Shown here: positions 45,301 through 54,374 of the stretch, piece by piece
Layout of the letters: each line of letters begins with the position of its first letter
How positions within the stretch are numbered: position 1 is the stretch's first letter
The notes under the pieces: model-generated
Told to the model about the DNA's origin: nothing
The model's input: only the letters and a program-made list of their open reading frames with translations
Databases searched by the model: none
DNA from: Halarcobacter sp.
GTDB lineage: Bacteria; Campylobacterota; Campylobacteria; Campylobacterales; Arcobacteraceae
NCBI GenBank assembly: GCA_963676565.1
Contig: OY781089.1
Location: 800,001-864,000 of the forward strand
Reading direction: 5' to 3'
DNA length: 64,000 bases
Translations under genes and position numbers: made by a program

Positions 45301-45798
45301 CTTGAAAAAGCAATCAAAGTTATGGAGTTTCCTAGACAAAAGAAAAAACCACATAGATGTATAGCTGATTTCTTTGCAAATGATAGATTAGATGTAGTTG
45401 CATTTTCATTTGCAAGTGCAGGGATGAAGTTAAGTCCATATGAGGCAGAGCTTTATAAAGAAAGTAAATTTACAGAATATTATCAAGTTCATGGATTAGG
45501 AGTTGAGTTAGCTGAAGCTTTAGCTGAGGTTATTCACAAACAAGTTAGACTTGATTTGGATATAGTTCCAAAAGAGGGAAATACTTTACATGATGTTCAA
45601 ATGAAACAATATGTAGGGTGTAGATATTCCCCTGGATATGCAGCTTGTCCAGATTTAGAACAAAGTAGGGATATGTTTGATTTATTAAATCCTGAAGAGT
45701 TTGGGATAGAGTTAAGTGAGACTTTCCAGATTCATCCGGAGCAATCTACGTGTGCTATAATAGTTCCTCATCACAAAGCTAACTATTACAATATTTAA
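42328..45798 (+). CDS. metH: Cobalamin-dependent methionine synthase
   Basis: IIDGAMGT, GFNCGTGP, GGCCGTTP, IGERSNATGSK, B12-binding KGDVHDVGKN...MSGLL and RYSPGYAACP. Confidence 0.97.
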   Translation: MTEKIKKLIEEKVLIIDGAMGTQLQLADIKNEEWQYEGNDLEGCNELLNLTAPHILETIHDNYAKAGANFLTTNTFGSMPWVLDEYGIPETSYELSKLGAQIANKSKEKYSTPEDPKFVFGSIGPGTKLPSLGHIKYDEMFEGYKIMAKGLADGGTDVFLLETCQDPLQIKAALHALNEVAPHIPIMVSVTIEMSGTMLIGTDAMTIAAILEPFNILSLGFNCGTGPKQVHKHVKALSEVCKFPISVHANAGLPQNRGGQTYYPMGPDEFTKLQKEFLEINGVSFLGGCCGTTPEHIKALSQGVKGIKPLKPCGFLKASLASLFNVVPLKQDPAPLLIGERSNATGSKAFRELLKANDYEGTLSVGQQQVRAGAHVIDVSVGFAGRDETGDMDKVVELYSQKVSLPLMPDSTQVPALEAALKQIGGRCIINSVNLEDGEEKFDIVCKLAKKFGAALVCLVIDEVGMAKTKERKLEIAERIYDLCVNRHGFKGEDLVFDMLTFTIGSGDDEYRTAGIETLEAIREFQIRHPEVGTTLGLSNISFGLSVNARIYLNSIYLDHCVKAGLTSAIVNVKHILPLNKISEDDKKACDDLIFNNQENGDPLFKFIEHFSNVADMEEQSDEEYQKLEPIDKVKKLLLDGDKDRMLPLVDELRHTVNPEIIVNEWLIDGMKVIGELFGSGQMQLPFVLQSAETMKATVDALNPYLPKEEKASETVLVLGTVKGDVHDVGKNLVDIILSNNGFKVINIGIKADLNDFIIAVREHKAQAIGMSGLLVKSTAVMKENLETLQKEGIDIPVLLGGAALTKSFVNDYCRPIYDGPIFYCRDAFDGVVSMQRIESGELDNTALAADLVDDEEIAKKEEAEVKIDEADVVLPEPGTFTFPPLWGRVALYGDSVDQDLIYKWINHRVLFRQRWGYKRGKQDSQEFLEHEENVVKPLYEKLKDEFFEKKLFDPIAIYAYYPCISKENKLYIFSPEYAFHSEKEAKNIPPLEKAIKVMEFPRQKKKPHRCIADFFANDRLDVVAFSFASAGMKLSPYEAELYKESKFTEYYQVHGLGVELAEALAEVIHKQVRLDLDIVPKEGNTLHDVQMKQYVGCRYSPGYAACPDLEQSRDMFDLLNPEEFGIELSETFQIHPEQSTCAIIVPHHKANYYNI

Positions 45799-45904
45799 AA
45801 AATCATTTTAGTACGAGTATTTTTATCCAATTTCTGTGGTGGTATTTAGAATTTTAAATACCGCCTTGACCTTGAACAAAACTTCCTACACTACAACGAT
45901 TTTT
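45798..45904. repeat. ~107-bp imperfect palindromic intergenic element
   Basis: Terminal arms AAAAATCATTTTAGT / ACTACAACGATTTTT (13 of 15 complementary), middle arms TTTTATCCAA / TTGAACAAAA, inner stem GGTGGTATTTA / TAAATACCGCC. Confidence 0.6.
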
Positions 45905-45939
45905 GAGTAATTTAAAAATTAAAATAATATCGAGAATAT

Positions 45940-46791
45940 ATGAACAACAATAAAAAAGGTATTATAATCACCGCTTTAGGTGTTTTACTAATGAGTTTTG
46001 AGTCTTTATTTATAAAGCTAACTTCCATCTCTGCTTTTACTTTTTCTTTTTATCTTGGAATATTTATGTTTATTTCAATGGTTTTCTTACTAATAATAAA
46101 ACAAAGAGATGTCATAAAAGAAGTTGCCAAAACATCTTTTTATATCTTTCTTTTATGTGGAATATTAATGGGTAGTGCAAATATCTTTTTTATTTGGGCG
46201 ATAAAAAGTACAACTGCTGCAAATGTTGTACTTATAATAGGAACAGGAGCTTTATTTACATCTTTTTTCGCATATTTATTTTATAGGGAAAAAATAAAAT
46301 TGAATGTTCTTATTTCATCATTTTTTCTATTTATTGGTCTTTTTATAATCTTTAATGATAAGCTAGGAATGGGTAATTTAAAGGGTAATCTTTTGGCTCT
46401 CTTATGCACAATGACCTTTTCTTTGTCTTTTGTTTTAATGTCAAAATATACTAGAATAAATAGAATAGCAATGACAGCAATGACTGGAATATCATTGGCT
46501 ACAATAGCTTATTTTGTAAGTGACACAATTAGCATAGACTTTTATAATCTTTTGGTAGTAGGAGCAATGGGATTAATTATAACTCCATTTTCAAGGGTTT
46601 TAATATTTACTGGAACAAAATTTATAAATGCTAGTGAAGTAAGTCTTTTAATGATTATTGAAACAGTTATGGGACCTATTTGGGTTTGGATGGTTTTAAA
46701 TGAAGTACCAAGTTCTTATACTTTTATAGGTGGGAGTATTATTTTATTAACTTTAGTATTAAATTCAATGTATATCATGAGAAAGGGATAG
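45940..46791 (+). CDS. DMT/EamA family transporter
   Basis: About 10 TM segments, TTAANV, GNLLAL and ASEVSLLMIIETVMGPIWVW..LNEVP. Confidence 0.88.
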   Translation: MNNNKKGIIITALGVLLMSFESLFIKLTSISAFTFSFYLGIFMFISMVFLLIIKQRDVIKEVAKTSFYIFLLCGILMGSANIFFIWAIKSTTAANVVLIIGTGALFTSFFAYLFYREKIKLNVLISSFFLFIGLFIIFNDKLGMGNLKGNLLALLCTMTFSLSFVLMSKYTRINRIAMTAMTGISLATIAYFVSDTISIDFYNLLVVGAMGLIITPFSRVLIFTGTKFINASEVSLLMIIETVMGPIWVWMVLNEVPSSYTFIGGSIILLTLVLNSMYIMRKG

Positions 46792-47373
46792 TTTTAATTG
46801 TTTATCATGATATTTACTAAGTAAAATTAATGCAACAATAGCTCCTAGTAGTGCCAACCCCATATCGCTTTGTGTATCCCAAACATAACCTTGAGTTCCT
46901 AAAAAAGCTTCGGCATCTTCACCACTTAATAATGCCACCCACCACTCTATTAGTTCATAAAAAGCAGAAAAACCTAAGCAAAAACAAACTATAAAAAAAT
47001 CTCTCCATTTTGCTAATGGAATGATATTTTTTCGTATAAGTATCTCCCTTGCAACCATTGCTGGAATAAAACCTTGAGCAAAGTGTCCTACTTTGTCATA
47101 ATTGTTTCTATCTTGATTAAAAACCTCTTTTATTAAATCGAAAAAAGGAACTTGGGCATAGGTATAGTGGCCACCAATCATAAGTATAATGCAATGCACT
47201 AAAATAAGAGAATAAACTAGTGTTGTTAATTTAAAATTTTTGTATGTAATCACCAGGATAACTATTCCAATAATTGCTGGCAAAACTTCTAAAAACCAAG
47301 TAAATTGATCTTTTGGATTAATCCCTGACCATAATAAAAAAGAAAAAAATATTAATAAATATAAATACTTCAT
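46765..47373 (-). CDS. DUF2238 (YjdF-like) membrane protein
   Basis: WFLE, IGGHYTYAQVP, RNNYDKVGHF, YELIEW and FLGTQGYVWDTQSDM. Confidence 0.85.
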   Translation of the reverse strand: MKYLYLLIFFSFLLWSGINPKDQFTWFLEVLPAIIGIVILVITYKNFKLTTLVYSLILVHCIILMIGGHYTYAQVPFFDLIKEVFNQDRNNYDKVGHFAQGFIPAMVAREILIRKNIIPLAKWRDFFIVCFCLGFSAFYELIEWWVALLSGEDAEAFLGTQGYVWDTQSDMGLALLGAIVALILLSKYHDKQLKLSLSHDIH

Positions 47374-47461
47374 AAAATATTCTACTCTTTTTAATATTTG
47401 AATTAACTCATTGTTATCTATTTTTTGATAAAATCTTACTACTTAAATAAGGAACTTTGTA

Positions 47462-47959
47462 ATGGAAAAAGAAAAAACACTTACTGATAAGATAATCAAT
47501 TACATTTATATACTTTCAAAACAACCAATTTTACTAAGAGATTTACTTGAAGCAAATAGACAATTTAATGAAGGTATGCATGTTGACCCTGCGAAGTTAG
47601 GATTCAGATTAAAGCTTGGACGAGCTTATTTAGTATATATCTTGATTGTACTAGCTATTTTAGTTCCAATTTCAACAATCTTACATTATCCTTTAGCAAA
47701 TATTGATCCACATATTTCTATTTTAGGGGCAATGATTATTACTGCTATAATCTTTATGGGATTTAACTTTTTTAGATCTAAAATGAGAGATATAATTTCA
47801 TACAGACAAATTAAAAAATCTTGGCAATTAAGATTTCCATACTTCCCTTATCATGAATATAATAAAAAAATTGAAGAGATTTATTTACAAGCATTAAAAA
47901 ATGAAGTTTCAAAAAAAGATTTAGAAAAATATATCTTAGATAATCTAGTAGAAGATTAA
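47462..47959 (+). CDS. Hypothetical membrane protein (two TM segments)
   Basis: 165-aa ORF with AAGGA RBS and two hydrophobic segments; no function recognised. Confidence 0.7.
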   Translation: MEKEKTLTDKIINYIYILSKQPILLRDLLEANRQFNEGMHVDPAKLGFRLKLGRAYLVYILIVLAILVPISTILHYPLANIDPHISILGAMIITAIIFMGFNFFRSKMRDIISYRQIKKSWQLRFPYFPYHEYNKKIEEIYLQALKNEVSKKDLEKYILDNLVED

Positions 47960-48032
47960 AAGAATTAAAGTTAACTTTTCAAAATAAGTAAAAAACAAGT
48001 ACAATATAAAATCCCATAAAAAATGGATTTTT

Positions 48033-49112
48033 ATGAAGTTTGAAAAGTTTGAAACAGGAAACCATTTCTCAATAGGAATAGAGTTAGAATTAAGAATATT
48101 AGATAAATTCACTTTATCTCCTAAGGATGAATTCGACTATTTTTACTCAAATCTTGATGAAAAATTCAAGGCAAATATTGCAAAAGAATTTTTAGGTTCT
48201 ATGATAGAGATTAACACTCCCATTTTCCACTATGAAAAAGATTTAATTGAATATCTTAAAAATATAATCAGTGAACTTTCACTTTTAGCTTCAAAAAAAT
48301 CTCTATGTTTACAAACAAGTGGAACTTATGCACAAAAAAGTGAAGAGTTTAATGTTAGCAATAATAAAAGATACGAAAAAATTTATGATGAACATAAGAT
48401 TTTATTAGATAATTTTTCTATTTGTGGAACCCATGTTCATGTAGGTTTTGAAAATTTTGATAAGGCTTTAAAAGCTTATAATTACTCAATCTATTATTTA
48501 CCTCTTTTTTTAGCATTAAGTGCTTCTTCTTTATATTACAATGGGATAGATACAGGTATCCATTCATATAGAACAAAGATTTTCTCAAGATTACCAAAGG
48601 CTTCTATTCCAGAATATTTTGATAATTATGAACAGATGAATCACTTATATCAATTATTGAAAAAATCAAATGTAATTGATTCTACAAAAGATATTTGGTG
48701 GGATGTTAGAATTCAGCCCCATTTTAAAACAGTTGAATTTAGAATCTGTGATGCAGTCAATGATTTTGAAAGATTAGAGCTTATAATAAAACTTTTTAGA
48801 GTGATGTGTCAATTATCACAGTTTTTCGATTTTGAAAAAATTCCAATGCAAATATTAAAACAAAACATGTGGAGTGCCACAAGATATTCAATGGATGGAG
48901 AGATAGTCGATGCCAATGGAAAAGTTAAAAAAATAAGAGATGAATTAAAAGATTTACTAAATAAAGCTTTTAGTAAAAATTTGATTGATAAGAGTTTTTT
49001 AGAGAAAGCCAAAACTCTAATAGAAAAAGAATCTATCTCAAAAAAGATGGAAAATTTATATAAAAGAACAAATAGTTTAAAAGAAGTAGAAAGGTTAGGT
49101 GTATTTGAATGA
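48033..49112 (+). CDS. YbdK/GCS2-family carboxylate-amine (glutamate-cysteine-type) ligase
   Basis: SIGIELE, EFLGSMIEINT, CGTHVHVG, LALSASS, DTGIHSYR and WWDVR...TVEFRICD. Confidence 0.9.
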   Translation: MKFEKFETGNHFSIGIELELRILDKFTLSPKDEFDYFYSNLDEKFKANIAKEFLGSMIEINTPIFHYEKDLIEYLKNIISELSLLASKKSLCLQTSGTYAQKSEEFNVSNNKRYEKIYDEHKILLDNFSICGTHVHVGFENFDKALKAYNYSIYYLPLFLALSASSLYYNGIDTGIHSYRTKIFSRLPKASIPEYFDNYEQMNHLYQLLKKSNVIDSTKDIWWDVRIQPHFKTVEFRICDAVNDFERLELIIKLFRVMCQLSQFFDFEKIPMQILKQNMWSATRYSMDGEIVDANGKVKKIRDELKDLLNKAFSKNLIDKSFLEKAKTLIEKESISKKMENLYKRTNSLKEVERLGVFE

Positions 49113-50626
49113 AAGGTGTAGTAGCAGCTGGAGATAAAAATTCTGCTCAAGCAGGAGCTGATATTTTAAAAGAGGGTGGAAATGCTTATGATGCAGCTTT
49201 AGCTGTAATGTTAGCTGCTCCAATTTGCGAACCATTATTTACAAGTTTAGGGGGCGGAGGCTTTTTATTAGGTTTAGAAGATGGTAAGAAGCCTGAACTT
49301 TATGATTTCTTTGTGGAAGTTCCAAAAAAAAGATTGGAAGAACCAGAGTTTTATCCTATATATGTTGATTTTGGTGCGGCTGTTCAAGAGTTTCATATAG
49401 GCGCTGGTAGTGTTGCAATTCCAGGTTTAATAAAAGGGATTGAAAAAGTTCATCAAGAAAAATGTACATTACCTCTTAGTAAAATTATAGAACCAGCAGT
49501 AAAGTATGCAAGAGAAGGTATCTATTTATCTAGTATGCAAGCAAGTTTTGTAAAATTACTAGAACCAATTTTTACATCAACAAAATCATCTATGGATGTA
49601 TATGGAATTGATGATAAGAACTTAATAGATGAAACACATTTATTCAAAAATCCTCAATATGCAGACTTCTTAGAAGCTTTTGCAAAAGAGGGAGCAAGAC
49701 TTTTTTATGAAGGGGAAGTTGCTCGTGAAATTGAAAAAATATCAAAAGAAAATGATGGACTTATTTATAAAGAGGATTTAAAAAACTATGAGGTTATAAA
49801 AAGAAATCCAATAGATTTTAAATACAAAGATTATGAAATCGTTACGAATCCACCACCAAGTGGAGGGGGAATATTAATTGCCTTTACATTGAAACTTCTT
49901 GAACAATATGATTTAAAAGATTTTAGAAGTTATGAGTATGTAAAAGGTTTAATAGAAAGTTTTAATACAACAAGTGATTTTAGGCGTGAACATGTTGATG
50001 AGTTTTTACACGATGAAAAATTAAAAGAGATATTATTTAATGATAGACTAATAAAAAATTACTGTACAACAATGAATAGTAGACTTAACCTTTGGGGAAA
50101 TACAACCCATTTATCTGTTATTGATGAGAAAGGGAATGCCGTTTCTGTTACAACTACAAATGGTGAAGGAAGTGGTCATGTGATACCAAGTTCTGGAATC
50201 ATGCTTAATAATATGATGGGGGAAGAAGACTTAAATCCCCATGGATGGTTTGCTTGGGATGAGGGGATTAGATTACCATCTATGATGGCACCCACAGCTG
50301 TTTTAAAAGATGGACACCCTGAATTAATACTTGGAAGTGCGGGAAGTAATAGAATACGTTCAGCAATTACTTCAACCATAATCAATAATCTTGAATATGG
50401 AATGAATCTTGATAAAAGTATCAATTCCCCTAGAATTCATTTTGAAAAAGGGGTTGTTTGTGTGGAACCAAGTTTAGATATTGCCATTAGAAATGAATTA
50501 GAAAAACATTATAAACTTCAATATTTTGACTCTTTAAATATTTTCTTTGGTGGTGTACAGGCCGTCAATGGGAACCTTGAAGGTGGGTGCGATAGTAGAC
50601 GAGGAGCTTTTGTAATAAAAACATAA
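49109..50626 (+). CDS. ggt: Gamma-glutamyltransferase family protein
   Basis: GGNAYDAA, LGGGGF, VAIPG, PPPSGGG, nucleophile site GN|TTHLSV, LNNMM and GSAGSNRI; ATGA overlap with the ligase gene. Confidence 0.88.
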   Translation: MKGVVAAGDKNSAQAGADILKEGGNAYDAALAVMLAAPICEPLFTSLGGGGFLLGLEDGKKPELYDFFVEVPKKRLEEPEFYPIYVDFGAAVQEFHIGAGSVAIPGLIKGIEKVHQEKCTLPLSKIIEPAVKYAREGIYLSSMQASFVKLLEPIFTSTKSSMDVYGIDDKNLIDETHLFKNPQYADFLEAFAKEGARLFYEGEVAREIEKISKENDGLIYKEDLKNYEVIKRNPIDFKYKDYEIVTNPPPSGGGILIAFTLKLLEQYDLKDFRSYEYVKGLIESFNTTSDFRREHVDEFLHDEKLKEILFNDRLIKNYCTTMNSRLNLWGNTTHLSVIDEKGNAVSVTTTNGEGSGHVIPSSGIMLNNMMGEEDLNPHGWFAWDEGIRLPSMMAPTAVLKDGHPELILGSAGSNRIRSAITSTIINNLEYGMNLDKSINSPRIHFEKGVVCVEPSLDIAIRNELEKHYKLQYFDSLNIFFGGVQAVNGNLEGGCDSRRGAFVIKT

Positions 50627-50642
50627 TAAGAAAATAACTATT

Positions 50643-50675
50643 TGAGACAATACTGAGACATTCTTCTGTTACAAT
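50643..50675 (+). promoter_or_regulatory. Direct repeat plus extended -10 upstream of the hemerythrin gene
   Basis: TGAGACA-atac-TGAGACA (11-bp period, 50643-50660), then TG-t-TACAAT (50667-50675). Confidence 0.45.
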
Positions 50676-50706
50676 GATAATTGTTAGTTCTAGGGGGAGG
50701 TGTTTT

Positions 50707-51528
50707 ATGAATGCAAGACTTGATAGTTGCTTCATCTCAATATGGAGTAATGCCTATTCAATAGGCGATGCAAAAATTGATGCTGAGCATCAAAAACTTT
50801 TTGATATTGCAAATGAGTTAAATGTATGCTCAACAAAAGAGCATTTAACAGTTATTTTAAAAGAACTAATTAAATATACAAAATTCCATTTTGCAAATGA
50901 AGAGAGGTTTATGAGAGAATTAAATTTCTCAAAACTATCTCAACACAAAATCTTACATAAAAACTTAGTCAATGCGTTAAATGAGGTTTTAAAAAAGATT
51001 AGTAATCAAGATGTTGAAGAAACAATTTCCCAATTAACTATATTAGTAAATAAAAATATTCTACAACATATTTTAATAGAAGATAAGAAAGTACACCATG
51101 AAATTAAACCAAGGGAACATTTAAGAGAAAGGTTTAAATGGAATATAGAGTATCAATTAAAAAATCAATTATTAGATGAAGAGCATGAAGGATTATTTGA
51201 TATAGCTTTAAAATCTTTAAATTATCATGGAACTAATATAAAAACACATGTAAAAATCACAATCAATGAATTATATGAATATATGAAAACTCACTTTGTT
51301 CATGAAGAAGAGTATTTAGTTCAAATTGGCTATCCATTATTTGAAGAGCATAGGGCAATTCATGAAAATATTATTGATCAAATGAATGGTTTTATCAAAA
51401 AATTGCCAACTCTATCAATAATTGATTTTGAAAAAAAATTAATTGAATATATGGATATTTGGTTGATTAATCATATCTTATATGAAGATAGGAAAATTAT
51501 TGATTTTGTTCAAAGGAATAAAGTTTAG
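50707..51528 (+). CDS. Tandem two-domain bacteriohemerythrin
   Basis: Two full ligand sets: EH / HFANEE / HKILH / HILIED and EH / HFVHEE / HRAIH / HILYED; start moved to ATG 50707 behind GGGGAGG. Confidence 0.9.
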   Translation: MNARLDSCFISIWSNAYSIGDAKIDAEHQKLFDIANELNVCSTKEHLTVILKELIKYTKFHFANEERFMRELNFSKLSQHKILHKNLVNALNEVLKKISNQDVEETISQLTILVNKNILQHILIEDKKVHHEIKPREHLRERFKWNIEYQLKNQLLDEEHEGLFDIALKSLNYHGTNIKTHVKITINELYEYMKTHFVHEEEYLVQIGYPLFEEHRAIHENIIDQMNGFIKKLPTLSIIDFEKKLIEYMDIWLINHILYEDRKIIDFVQRNKV

Positions 51529-52330
51529 GAAAATTAATTTCTAAATGAAGTTCTAAAAATTTAGTCAAAGCGCAAACCAATGCTTTGGCACACCTTTGTC
51601 TATTCTCTTTTGTGTCTCTACAATTTACATAGGGAAATTCTATTTGAATACCACTAATATTTCTTTTATCTAAAGAGCCATGTAGATATGTATTGTAAGC
51701 TCCTTCATAATAATTATTATCAGCCGCATATGGAAGTTTAACTGATGGGACTGAATCAAAGCCTAAGTTTGTCATCAAACTTCCCATAGAAGATGGTCCT
51801 TTTAATTGATCAATAAAAGATTGTTTTGAAAATTTAGCTAGGTTTTTTATACTTGATTGTTCTTGGTATTCTTTTAGTTGTGTTTCGTGTAGATTTAAAA
51901 CTGAATTATCAAGCATATATCCAAACTCTAGATAATTGTGAGGATGAGATTGTCCATGGATATCAATATAAATCCCTTTTCCAAAATTTTTTTCAACTTC
52001 ATTTTTAGAAAATTTAATTAAATTGTGAAAGGTATCATATATTTTTGATGCTTTCTTATCCTCAAAGGCTTCTATCTTTTTTCTATTTAAATCTATTTTT
52101 TCCCTTGAAATAGAAGCAATTATTGCATAAGGCGTTTCCCCTAAAGTTTTTTCAAACTCTTTAATTATCTCTAATGTTAACTCTTTTGTAAAATCATCTT
52201 TCTCAAAAACACCAGATGTTCTTGTTTTTATTTCATTTGGAAGTTTGTCTCCACCATGGGGAGCGGATAGAATAATTGGAAGAGTTCCTTCATAAAATTC
52301 TATATAATCTTGTGTATTAGAATTAATCAT
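51497..52330 (-). CDS. N-formylglutamate amidohydrolase-like zinc hydrolase
   Basis: PIILSAPHGG, D..T, SREKIDLNR, YIDIHG and GIQIE. Confidence 0.7.
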   Translation of the reverse strand: MINSNTQDYIEFYEGTLPIILSAPHGGDKLPNEIKTRTSGVFEKDDFTKELTLEIIKEFEKTLGETPYAIIASISREKIDLNRKKIEAFEDKKASKIYDTFHNLIKFSKNEVEKNFGKGIYIDIHGQSHPHNYLEFGYMLDNSVLNLHETQLKEYQEQSSIKNLAKFSKQSFIDQLKGPSSMGSLMTNLGFDSVPSVKLPYAADNNYYEGAYNTYLHGSLDKRNISGIQIEFPYVNCRDTKENRQRCAKALVCALTKFLELHLEINFPKLYSFEQNQ

Positions 52331-53054
52331 ATATAGCTTTTGCTTCTTTATTTCTTTGTCTTTTTAGTTGCATATCAATATATTTTCCATCAATATCTTT
52401 TTTAGTTTTCAATGCTAATGTTTGTTTCTTTTTTTCAGGTGGCTTTATCTCATAAATCTCAAAGCCTGCTTCATTTAAGGATAATCTAACAGAAGTTGCA
52501 ATGGAGTAGGTACTTAAAACGCAATCTTTAGAACTAATTTTATATATATCTTTAAAATACTCTACACTCCATAACTCACGATTAACTTCAGAACTAAAAG
52601 CATCTTGATAGATAATATCTATTGAATCAAGTGTTTTAATATATTCTCTTGCATCACCAACAAAAAGCTCTATTTTTATATTTTCATCTTCATATTTAAA
52701 GTTTTTTGATAATTCAAAAACTATATGTTTGATATCATCAAACTCTCTTGGATAATCAAATTCTATAAGTGATTTTATCAAATCCAAATCAAGCTCTGGT
52801 GAGAAAATTTCAAGTTGAATATCTAAAGAGTTTTTTCTAATATAATATATTGTACTTAAAGTGTTGTATCCTAAACCAAAACAAATATCAAGTATTTTTA
52901 GCTTTGATTTATTTTTATGATAATCAAATGTAGGGATTATATGTTTTATTAAAGACTCTTTGATAGCTCCTGTTTTTATATCATGAAAATGTTGTTTATA
53001 CTTTTTTGAATATAAAGTATTTGAGCCATCATTAGTCTTAACAAATCTATCCAT
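52323..53054 (-). CDS. mnmD: Stand-alone MnmC-type (MnmD) tRNA mnm5s2U34 methyltransferase domain
   Basis: TNDGSNTLYS..Y.QHFH, GAIKES, ILDICFGLGYN, YQDAFS...N.ELW and TYS. Confidence 0.8.
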   Translation of the reverse strand: MDRFVKTNDGSNTLYSKKYKQHFHDIKTGAIKESLIKHIIPTFDYHKNKSKLKILDICFGLGYNTLSTIYYIRKNSLDIQLEIFSPELDLDLIKSLIEFDYPREFDDIKHIVFELSKNFKYEDENIKIELFVGDAREYIKTLDSIDIIYQDAFSSEVNRELWSVEYFKDIYKISSKDCVLSTYSIATSVRLSLNEAGFEIYEIKPPEKKKQTLALKTKKDIDGKYIDMQLKRQRNKEAKAIYD

Positions 53055-53065
53055 ATGTTAAATTA

Positions 53066-53581
53066 TTAACAACCTAGTGATTTTAGTTTTTCTTCTGGTA
53101 AAAAAAGTTCTTTGTTTGACATTACACCAATATCACTATTAATGATATCTTGAGCTATTTGTTTAGCCTCTTCAAGTGAATGCATTTTATAAGTACCACA
53201 TTGGTATTCGTTTAATTCTGGTATATCATTTTGAGATTCAACTTTTAAAACATCTTCCATTGAAAGTTTCCAAGCTTTTGCAACCTCTTCTTCTGAAGGG
53301 TTTCCTAATAAACTCATATAAAAACCTGTTCTACAACCCATTGGAGATACATCAATAATTTCAACTGAATCTGAATTTAAATGTTCTCTAATAAAACCTG
53401 CAAAAAGGTGCTCTAAAGTATGAATACCTTTTTCACCTAACATTTTTTCATTTGGAACACAAAATCTTAAATCAAATACAGTAATAATATCACCTGAAGG
53501 AGACTTCATAGTTTTTGCAACTCTCACTGCTGGAGCTGGCATTATAGTATGGTCTACTCTAAAACTGTCTAATAATGGCAT
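53066..53581 (-). CDS. luxS: S-ribosylhomocysteine lyase
   Basis: [31 protein letters not shown] and [10 protein letters not shown]. Confidence 0.98.
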   Translation of the reverse strand: MPLLDSFRVDHTIMPAPAVRVAKTMKSPSGDIITVFDLRFCVPNEKMLGEKGIHTLEHLFAGFIREHLNSDSVEIIDVSPMGCRTGFYMSLLGNPSEEEVAKAWKLSMEDVLKVESQNDIPELNEYQCGTYKMHSLEEAKQIAQDIINSDIGVMSNKELFLPEEKLKSLGC

Positions 53582-53632
53582 GATTTATCCTTAATTTTTT
53601 TGTGATTTTATCGAAAATTTTTTTCTATGTGC

Positions 53633-54181
53633 TTAAATTCCATAAGTAACTAAAAGTTTAGAGTTTCCTATTTTAATATCTTTTATAAAACTTCCTAAAA
53701 TAGAATCTTCTGGTACTTTATAAACAGGGTATTCTTTAAAGATTTTATTTACAAGTGGCTCCATTGTAACTATGAAAGTGTTTGAAAATTGTTCACTCAT
53801 TTTTAGTTTTCCAAAATGAAAATCTTCAATTTTTATATTTTTTAAGTAAATAGAAGAAACATCTTTTCTAAATTCTGGCTCACCACTTATTATAAAAGAG
53901 CCCTTTATTGGATTTGTAAATAGGGTTTTTAAACCTAAATTAATACCAACTTTTACACGGTTTTTCACCTTATGCATTTTAATTGTAGGCTTGTTAAGTA
54001 TAAGTGAACCAAATACTAGATTTTTTTCAAAAGGGAATGATTCTTTAAAAGATTGTGAAAGTTCATATTCTGAAACTTTCAATACCAATCCTTCTTTTGA
54101 TAGATTATTTACACATCCTGAAAGTAGAAAAATTATAAAAAAAGCCTTTAAAATAAGAGTAAATGTGTATTTCATGTTCAT
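53633..54181 (-). CDS. Putative lipoprotein (DUF1439/YceB-like)
   Basis: Lipobox LLSG|C, SEYEL....FP, IYLKN and PVYK pattern; exact start codon uncertain. Confidence 0.65.
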   Translation of the reverse strand: MNMKYTFTLILKAFFIIFLLSGCVNNLSKEGLVLKVSEYELSQSFKESFPFEKNLVFGSLILNKPTIKMHKVKNRVKVGINLGLKTLFTNPIKGSFIISGEPEFRKDVSSIYLKNIKIEDFHFGKLKMSEQFSNTFIVTMEPLVNKIFKEYPVYKVPEDSILGSFIKDIKIGNSKLLVTYGI

Positions 54182-54374
54182 ATTTATTATAAATCCTTTA
54201 GCTAAGTTTGATATTCTATAGTATAATGGATTAATTTACAATGCATTTTAAATAATAATAAAAATAACTTCTTATATTTAGATAATAATTTTATGAAATC
54301 TTGATATTAGTAATATAAGTTAAAGTTATTTTGACATATAATTGAATCTTAATTCATAAATAATAAGAGGGGAG

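Noticed and set aside
46765..51528. Convergent 3' overlaps (46765-46791 and 51497-51528)
   Set aside because: Short tail-to-tail overlaps are common in compact AT-rich genomes.
41641..53581. metH, luxS and methyltransferases as a dedicated methyl-cycle or quorum-sensing island
   Set aside because: The genes are separated by unrelated genes and lie on different strands; each is an ordinary housekeeping gene.
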